Assembly (NCBI GenBank): GCA_951406725.2
Contig: OX597820.1
Span: forward strand, 60,636,001 to 60,700,000
From: Octopus vulgaris
Taxonomy: Eukaryota
Length of the DNA: 64,000 bases
Direction of reading: 5' to 3'
Made by a program: the position numbers and the translations under genes. Of this stretch, positions 55,562 to 64,000 are shown piece after piece (within the stretch, counting starts at the first letter, position 1; each line of letters opens with the position of its first letter). The notes beneath the pieces were generated by a model. That model did not search any database, was not told where the DNA came from, and saw nothing but the letters and a program-made list of their open reading frames with translations.

Positions 55562-58328
55562 TATCCAATATTGTTTTAATACTTGTGGGAAAGGCTCGAG
55601 GGTAACAATTTCAACGAATATTTCCCTAAGAAATACAAACATAAACTGTATCTAGTTTATTAATTAATTAATACAAAGGAACCCACGTTCAGCTTCAGTC
55701 TAGGATTTCGCTCTTTAGCATAGTTTATTTACCATACTGGAATCTTAACTTAAGTTCTTTCATTGTTACAATAAAAAACGATAAAAGCTAGACAATAATA
55801 AATGTTCACAAATTAATATTTCTTTTTGTGTGTATGTGTGTGTGCGTATATATATATATATATATATATATATACAAATACATACACACAGACACACACA
55901 CACATATATACATATATATACAGAGAGAGAAAGAGAGAGTTCTTAGTAAGGGATTATCAATCTGGGCAAAATACTTTATAATGACCAATCATTTATGCCT
56001 TGTGTTATATATACACACACATACATATATATGTATGCATGTATGTATGTATGTATGTATGCATGTATGTATGTATGTATGTATGTATGTGTGTATGTAT
56101 GTATGTATGTATTCCGTCTAGACACGAAAATGTGTTGTTAATATACATATATACTGATATTGGCTAATTGACTAAATATTTATCAACTAGGGGCCCTTGT
56201 ATAATAATACTTCTCAGTATTGTCGATGCTCTTTTTTTTATTTTTCTTATTCTATTTATTTATTTATTTATTTATTTATTTTGACCAACAACAATTATTC
56301 GACCCTTGACTGGTTGATTTTGTTTCTCTGCAGATATTCTTCGCTGACCATTGAATTGCATTTTAAATGTAATTGCATTCATAGTTATTTTACGGTCCGT
56401 TAGACTCACAGCAATAATGTATCCTTTCCACCTCCTTCTTTTTCCGCATCACTAGCTTACGAGTGTTTTCTCATTAATCTTCATTTACTCTTCATAAATC
56501 TCCCCTTAAAACGATGCAAATATTCCAAGAAGACATCTCTTCCTCCCTTTTCTTCTGTCAATTGAGAAGCTCAATTTATCTTTTCAGTTTTTTTTCTTTC
56601 CTTTATTTTTTGTTTTGTTTCACCCTTACCTCCTTAAACTTATTCTTTTTTCATCTTGTAACAATTTTTTTTTTTAATCCTTTTCATCTTGTAACATTAA
56701 ATTCCCCTTCAGTTTAGTCATTTCCTAATAGTAAACTTCTCACACAAACTACCTTTTCAACTCGGCTATCTTATGTTGCTTATCAATGTATTTAGCTTTT
56801 TCACTCTCACCACTTATAATCTTTAATAGCGGCCACTCAAGCTCCTTCAGTAACATAAGCTTCACTGCACACTATCACAGACAGGTTGTTATTGTTATCG
56901 TTGTCATCTGACAGTTATTGCGGAACTTCAGCCAGCTTGGGTATTGAGACGGAGTGCAAAGAGCGAACAGGAACGACAAGAGGGTAGTGGGAGATTAAAT
57001 AGAAAGCGTGGTGGTAAGTGAGAGAAGATAAAGTAGATGTCGATTTATTTATTATGAGCGGAGAAGTTAAGTAGGTGGGGCTTGCGATAAATTTGCGATA
57101 TGTAGATATGTAAACGCGTACTTACGCGCACTTTTTGTGTCTTACTCTACGCTTCTTTAAATGTTTTATGATACATGCATACATAGAATGAGGGTGCTAC
57201 TAGTTTTTTAACATGTACCCATCAACAATGTCTAAATGGGTTGATATTATTATAAAAGAGTGTGGAGCAGATTTAAACAAGGCGAAAAAGAATGGAACAA
57301 AAGCAAAAAAAAAATGCTAATCTATTTTTCATTATGATTATCAAATTATTGAGAACGGAAAAAGAATTGTGCGTCTTTTTCTAGATGAATAAGCAAACAA
57401 TAAACATACGAGTTTAAACAAAGAAAACTTTACATAGTAGGCAGAAAAAAGGGAACCTGAAATTTCGGAAGCGAACGAAGAGGGGATTAAGGATTTTTTT
57501 TTCTCGTTTGTATTCTAGTGTCATTGCGAGGGCCTCCCTTTCCTAATACGGTTTTTATTGAGTATACAAAATGTTATCTCTCTTATATATTCTACAAGTC
57601 TTTATAATCTCATTAATGTTACACACACATTGTTGATATACACGCTAGATAATAAAATGGAAAGTGCGAATATTGATTTAAAAATAAATGTGCTTTATCT
57701 GCGGATGGAAATTAATTCATAGAAATAAAATGGATTATTTCTTCATTTACTGAGCATAATTTGCTTGACTTTTAACAAGCAGCATTCCACACACACACAC
57801 ACACACGTACACATATGCATACAAACATATATATATATATATATAATGTATTTGTGTATGTATATATAACATAGATGTTGCGCATGTATATGAATGCGTA
57901 TGTTTCAAAATATAACTTGTTTAAATGCTTAAAATAATAGACTTGTTATTTTCGCAAAAAACCCTTAGTTTCTAGATAAGGGTTTTCACACGTTATATTC
58001 TCTTTTCATCTGAATGAGTAATAATTATACTGTAGCATAACTTCAGTCAATTATACCAACCAAAATATTTAATCTAATAAACAATATCATTTGAATTGGT
58101 TTTCGACGTATAGATGAGGAACTAAATAGTAAGAAGAATATTTGTCAGAACTCTATCTACAGTTACAAGCAAAAATTATACACTGCTCTTAAAGCTTAAG
58201 TTTATTATAAAATGTATTACAAAATTATATCGATTTATAGTGATGATGTTTTCTGTTCTGATATAATTTTTGTTTATAATCCAATATAAAACAGCATATT
58301 ATATCTATATGTATTTTCTATTTTATAG

Positions 58329-58774
58329 GTAGCAAGTCTTCAGTGGATGATCTGCAGAGTAGTAAGCGTATACGAACAGCATTTACTAGTAGGCAATTAC
58401 TCGAACTTGAACGGGAATTCGCCGCTAATATGTATTTATCTAGACTACGGCGTATTGAAATTGCTACATACTTAAATCTTTCTGAGAAACAAGTGAAGAT
58501 TTGGTTTCAGAACAGACGTGTCAAATACAAAAAAGAAGGCACTGACGAATCACGAGAGAAATGTCGATGTCTGCGAACATGTACACCTCGAAACAGCTCC
58601 GAAAGAAAGAAGGCAAACGGTGATTTGATCGGTGAAAGTAATGGCGATATAGTTTGTAATAAAATTGCCAGAATAGACAATGGTTCCTCTGACGAAGGGG
58701 ACTCTTATCACATCGAGATATCCGATGACATACACCACTGTGAATCACCTTCAAGAAACTCTCCAAATACTTAA
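58329..58774 (+). CDS. Gsx: Gsx homeodomain exon
   Basis: TTTTATAG phase-1 acceptor; [60 protein letters not shown] is a Gsx-class homeodomain; post-homeodomain CRC; TAA at 58772-58774. Confidence 0.97.
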
Positions 58775-59519
58775 CTGTGTGTCGAACAAGATTCTAGAAT
58801 GTGCGTAAAAGTCTGAATTTGTATGTGTGTGAAAGACAAAGAAAAAGCGGAAGAAGACAGCGAACGAGCGAAAGAAAGATGAAGAGGAAAACAGAGAAGA
58901 AAAGAAAATGTTAGCTGCAATCATTTCTCGAGAAAAACTATTATAATCATTTATCTTCTTTCACAATACACCGAAACTGTAACAGGGTTTTATCTGGATA
59001 AGAAAATCCTCAATGAATATGGTTTATACTGATTCTTTAAACGTGTATCTTATCCTAGAAGTATCAATGCCATTCCACTTCTTTTCAAAAAACTGTGGAA
59101 AAGAGAAAATATCAAAAAATCCTGTCATCAACGACACATTTTACACAATTTGTTCAGCATTCGTCGATCACTAACTTGTTAATAAGGTTCTTTCTTTGCA
59201 AATTCACAAAATTTTGAATGAAATATTTTTTTAGAGTAAACTTCGTTATATTATATACATTGGTCTGGAACTAAGTCAGGCCAAAGTATATATAACATAA
59301 TTTCTTGAAGAAACATTTCTCCTAAAAATGAACATATTTAATATATTTATTTATTTCCTGCATTAAGATATGAATAATTTTAATGTAGTTTCAACTGTTA
59401 CTTAAAACTGGAAAAGAAGCTCATTTATTTTCCAATATCGGAAGTGAATGAATTTTCCATAGTTCTTACAAAGAACTAATTCTATCCTTAGAAAGAAAGA
59501 AAAAACAAAAAGTACTTTC

Positions 59520-59752
59520 ATGTTTCTAGGGAATCTCCTACATGGTTGTTCAGTTTGCATCCAAATCTGTCTTAAACCATCCTCCCACCTGCCCCGTATT
59601 CTTGGAAAAGAAAGTCACGTTGGATAGTGTGATTCAAGATTGCCCCCACAGTATATCTGAATAAAAGACGGGTTGATCACAGCAGCTGAACACGTCGTTC
59701 ATCGTAAGTCTGCGACGATTCGGACTGACATGAGGCTAAACATCAACAACAA
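59520..59752 (+). mobile_element. Old repeat family D (SINE-like, (AAC)n tail) in the likely Gsx 3' UTR
   Basis: AAAAGACGGGTTGATCAC..ATCGTAAGTCTGC..GGCTAAACATCAACAAC resembles about 22510-22685; related pieces at about 15360, 34970 and 38440. Confidence 0.5.
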
Positions 59753-59824
59753 TGGTCGCCATGTTTCATAACTTCATCGAATTTTATTGGTTATGTATTA
59801 TAACAATATATTTCTTAAATATAA

Positions 59825-59830
59825 AATAAA
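59825..59830 (+). terminator. Candidate Gsx polyadenylation signal AATAAA (alternatives at 59660 and ATTAAA at about 59948)
   Basis: About 1.05 kb after the stop, upstream of T-rich sequence. Confidence 0.35.
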
Positions 59831-60183
59831 ATACGTGTGCAAAAATTGATATTTCTTATCTTGAAGAATAACAATTGCAGTTAAAACATTTTACTCATTC
59901 CCTCTTGTATCGCAAAACATGCAGTGACAAACATGGATCGTGTTCTTATTAAAACTTTATTTTTACTTTTTATTATTTATTTTAATTTATATATATATAT
60001 ATATATATAAAAAGATGCTGGGTAAAAAAAATTCCCAGATATAGGGGTTCCAAAATTGTTATTTTTTGATGATTATCTTAAAAAAAATTCTAAAAATTTG
60101 AATAAAATGGTTCAGGCATGTAATCATACGAAAGATCAATGTGTTTGCGCGCGTGTGTGTTTGTGTGTGTGTGTGTTTGTGTT

Positions 60184-60225
<42 letters not shown>

Positions 60226-60288
60226 ATGTATATACTCACAAGGGAGCGCAAACACACATATGTATATAATTGTATATGTGTGCATATG

Positions 60289-60353
<65 letters not shown>

Positions 60354-60520
60354 GCATATAAATATCAAGTTTTCACCAAAGGTGGTTTGTTAAATTCCTA
60401 GCGGTGAAACTCCGAGATTACTGTCACCGAAAGAAAAATACTACATTTGTATTGTGTCCTCTGTTCTTCTTTTGCACAAATTTCGTACGTCACTATAAAA
60501 TATACATATATGCGTACATA

Positions 60521-60578
<58 letters not shown>

Positions 60579-60745
60579 TGAAACAAGTGGGGATGTGCGT
60601 TTATGTATGTGAATATACGTTTATGTGTGCATAGATTACTTATTCAGGAATATATTAAATTTCCAAAATATATTTATAGTCTCGTCTCCCTATCTCACTC
60701 TACATAGAGCAAATTTTTAATTCGCTCTATCTATCTATCTTCTGG

Positions 60746-60823
<78 letters not shown>

Positions 60824-60843
60824 GCATACATACATGTATGTAC

Positions 60844-60885
<42 letters not shown>

Positions 60886-61189
60886 GCACACGTATATATG
60901 ATTATATATAGCTACACAAGATTATGTATGTGTGTATGTATGTATGTATGTATGTATGTATGTATGCATGCATGCATGTATGTATGCATGCATGCATGTA
61001 TGTATGTATGAATGTATGTATGTATGCATGCATGCATGTATGTATGCATGTATGTATGTATGTATGTATGTATGTATGTATGTATGTATGTATGTATGTA
61101 TCTGTTTGGCATTAACTATCGGCTAAAAGTGTACACAATACCATGGCAAAGATTAATGATATTTTTATCTTGGTCGAGTCATCTCCTTA

Positions 61190-61266
61190 CTACTCTGAGT
61201 TTCACCTGTCGGCACGTAGGGTCTTGCCTGAAGATCATGTGTGCCTATAGGTGAAGCTCAAAGTAG
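61190..61266 (+). ncRNA. Pre-miRNA-like hairpin
   Basis: 36-bp stem by hand pairing: 5 G-U pairs, 3 mismatches, loop GCCTG; single copy in the window. Confidence 0.4.
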
Positions 61267-62187
61267 CAAAAATAGAGAAGTAACTTTTCTGTGACCCCTT
61301 TATTTAAGAGTAAAATTGCCTGACATTTTACGAGAAATTACTGTGATTTTCCAAATATTTGGTTGAAGCTAGTTTAATTTTTCAATGCTTTTATAACTAC
61401 GACTCATCAACCTTCTACAATTTTTTTTAATTGACTTGCTATTTGAAAGCTGATTTTTTTAGCATTCATTATTGGTGCGAACATTATGTGATAGTTCACT
61501 CATGTTTCAAGACAAAATAAAAACAAAATGAAACCAAGTATTAAAAAAATAATAAATGAAAACATTATTTTATTTTTGATTAATTAATATTGAAAAATCT
61601 TGAAATCACCTTACACGTCTCCAATTATTTATTTCACTGTGACGTGGAGATATTCATTAATAAATCATTAAAAAAAAAGTTATGTTTTGTTATTAGTTAT
61701 TCATTTTCTGGTGATATTCATGTTCACATTTGCGTTGTATTATTTTCATTGTTGCAAATATACAAATATACAGGATGATTTAAAAGGGCATGTGTACCGT
61801 ATTTGTTTTCGTCACCCTCCTTTACGTTTGGTCACTATTCCCAGCAGCTTTTGGCTGTTGGCGCCACCAAAATGAACAATATTGTTAAAGGAGTGAAACT
61901 GTTATGATTTTTAGACGACAACTGATGAAGAGAATGTTCTTTATGTTGCATGTCTCGTGTCTCTGTTTTTTTTCGTTGTTCAGAAAAAAGTTCGTTTTCT
62001 ATGTTTTTGTTTTTATGTTCTCGCTTCTCATTTTGCCAACGTTTTTTCTTTTTTGATGTCCACATATGCATGTATATATACATATATATGTAGGTATGTA
62101 CATATATGTATGTATATATGCATATATTTATATATTATTTATATTATAATAATATATATATATATATAGGTAGATATATTGATATAG

Positions 62188-62230
<43 letters not shown>

Positions 62231-63682
62231 CAATTTAATAAATAAAACATATGCATGCATACATACATATATGTACATACCTACATCTATATGTATATAT
62301 ACATGCATATATGAGTACAGGACACCCCAAATAAACGTAGAACACAACGAGAAACGAAAACATAAAAACAAAACAAGGAAATGGACTTTTTTTTAACAAC
62401 GAAAAAACAGAGTACAAGACAAACAACAGAGGGAACATTCCCCTTCTTCAGCTGCCCGTTTCGACTCATTGCGTGTTTCATATATACATACATATGTATA
62501 TATATTTATTTTATTTATTTTATCTAGTTTCAGCTCACGAGCTGTGACCATGCTGGGGCAATATATACATGTACATACACACGCTCACACTCACAAATGT
62601 AAAAACTAAAAAAATGTACATGATACAGCTTATATTAGTTGTTCCTTACGTACGTTTCACCATTGTGACTCATTGCATTTTCTGCAGTGGGTGTTCAAAC
62701 TGCAATTGCTTGTTGAAATCGAATTGCTCATCAGGGAAACACTTTACTGGATTTATGCACAGTTGTAACAACGGCATTATACTGGAAGTAGACTCTACTC
62801 TATACTCTACGTGGAACTCTAAACTCAACAATAGTAATCGTACATTTAACTGTGCCCACAGAAAATTGTATACATCTGTATGAGTGTGTGTGTGTGTGTA
62901 TAAATACATACACATACACACATATATTCACATATATGTATATGTAAATGTATACACGCACTCACACGCACACGCACACACACACACACACACACAAATA
63001 TATATATATATATATACCGTACTTGATCAGAAGATGGCGTAATCGCGTTTTGTTTCAGCTGGAGTAGATGCCCCTTTTGATCAAGGGTGGGCGAGCGATA
63101 AACACTCACAATGCCCGGTCTGGGAATCGAAACCGCGATCTTACGACCGCGAGTCCGCTACCCAAACCACTAGGCCGTTGCGCCTCCATATCGGGCGTCG
63201 TTGGCAAGAGAACAAGTTGAGCATACGTCCGTTATGTACGATAATTGTCACTGATAGCAAAATATTAAAAATCAGTCAAAATATTTACAGCCTGTTAGCA
63301 CAAACTTACGAAAAATTGATTACGGTACATCGGCAGGTATGTGGAGTATTATGGCGGATTAACACCTATCGAGGCTCTACACACGTAATTCAAAATATAA
63401 ACAATTATAAATCATAAAATAAATTTTTAATTTTCAAAATGAAATAAAACTAACAGTAAAATGGAAAATAATGTCTATTTTTGTATATTTCCACTTTGTT
63501 TGTCTTTGAAATGTTTTCTTATCTTCTTTTAGTTGCAAAGTCTTTGTTTGATCTGATCCTTACTATGACATCATGAGAACTTTAAGGAAGTTATTTTTAA
63601 CCTAAAATTTATATTTCTTGGTATCACCCCAACCAAAATTAATTATAAATAAATCATATATAAACAAAGTAACAATATATAT

Positions 63683-63890
63683 AGTTAATCCAAACATGAA
63701 AACACAAAGAGAAAACACAACAACGCGAGGACGTGCAACAAGTATAGTGTTATTGGACGCTCAGGAAAGGAAAGAAAGAAGGAGGACTTAATGTTTCGAG
63801 CAAAGCTCTTCGTAAGAAACATAGGAAAAGGAAAGATCCAAGGAAGGGAAGACGGAGGAAAAAAATCGCCAACGGTACACACGCGGTCAC
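63683..63890 (-). repeat. (TA)-flanked insert with a degenerate hammerhead motif (about 63786-63820)
   Basis: gttt CTTACGA a GAGC ttt GCTC GAAA ca TT; homologous to 32120-32337. Confidence 0.7.
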
Positions 63891-63905
63891 ATATATATAC
63901 ATATA

Positions 63906-64000
63906 GGCACAGGAGTGGCTGTGTGGTAAGTAGCTTGTTTTCCAGCCACATGGTTCCGGATTCAGTCGTACTGCGTGATACCTTGGGCAAGTGTCTTTTA
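63906..64000 (+). mobile_element. SINE family B head, runs off the window
   Basis: GGCACAGGAGTGGCTGTGTGGTAAG..CCTTGGGCAAGTGTC. Confidence 0.85.

Noticed and set aside
58343-58345. Predicted start of the homeodomain ORF
   Set aside because: It is an internal GTG (Val); the exon begins at the acceptor at 58329
62670-62740. CTGATGA followed by a GCAATT/AATTGC stem on the - strand
   Set aside because: No GAAA directly after the stem, so the hammerhead core is incomplete

Overview
AT-rich, microsatellite-laden animal DNA. The SINE and microsatellite landscape suggests a coleoid cephalopod, probably Octopus (inference). The only host gene I can support is the ParaHox homeobox gene Gsx on the + strand: 52194-52671, a 69-nt in-frame middle exon at 55399-55467 that the ORF track misses, and 58329-58774. 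This gives 330 aa, or 307 aa if the middle exon is skipped, with a TATA/CCAAT promoter near 51.4 kb. The 51 kb upstream is a gene desert of nested TE relics: a Ty3/gypsy LTR element, R4/Dong-type and Tx1-type LINE remnants, Merlin, maT (DD37D) and mariner transposons, hAT/pogo/mariner MITEs, a Helentron-like insert and five SINE families (labelled A-E here). The most unusual signal is a set of short ORF-less islands inside (TA)n tracts, often folded back as long inverted repeats, several carrying minimal type-I hammerhead ribozyme cores (probable Penelope-like pseudo-LTR or retrozyme relics). Also notable are a G-U-rich pre-miRNA-like hairpin 2.4 kb downstream of Gsx, SINE dimers that share one fixed junction, and a template-switch inversion inside a transposase. 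All calls come from reading the sequence by eye. No database searches or folding programs were run, and TE boundaries without TSDs are approximate.
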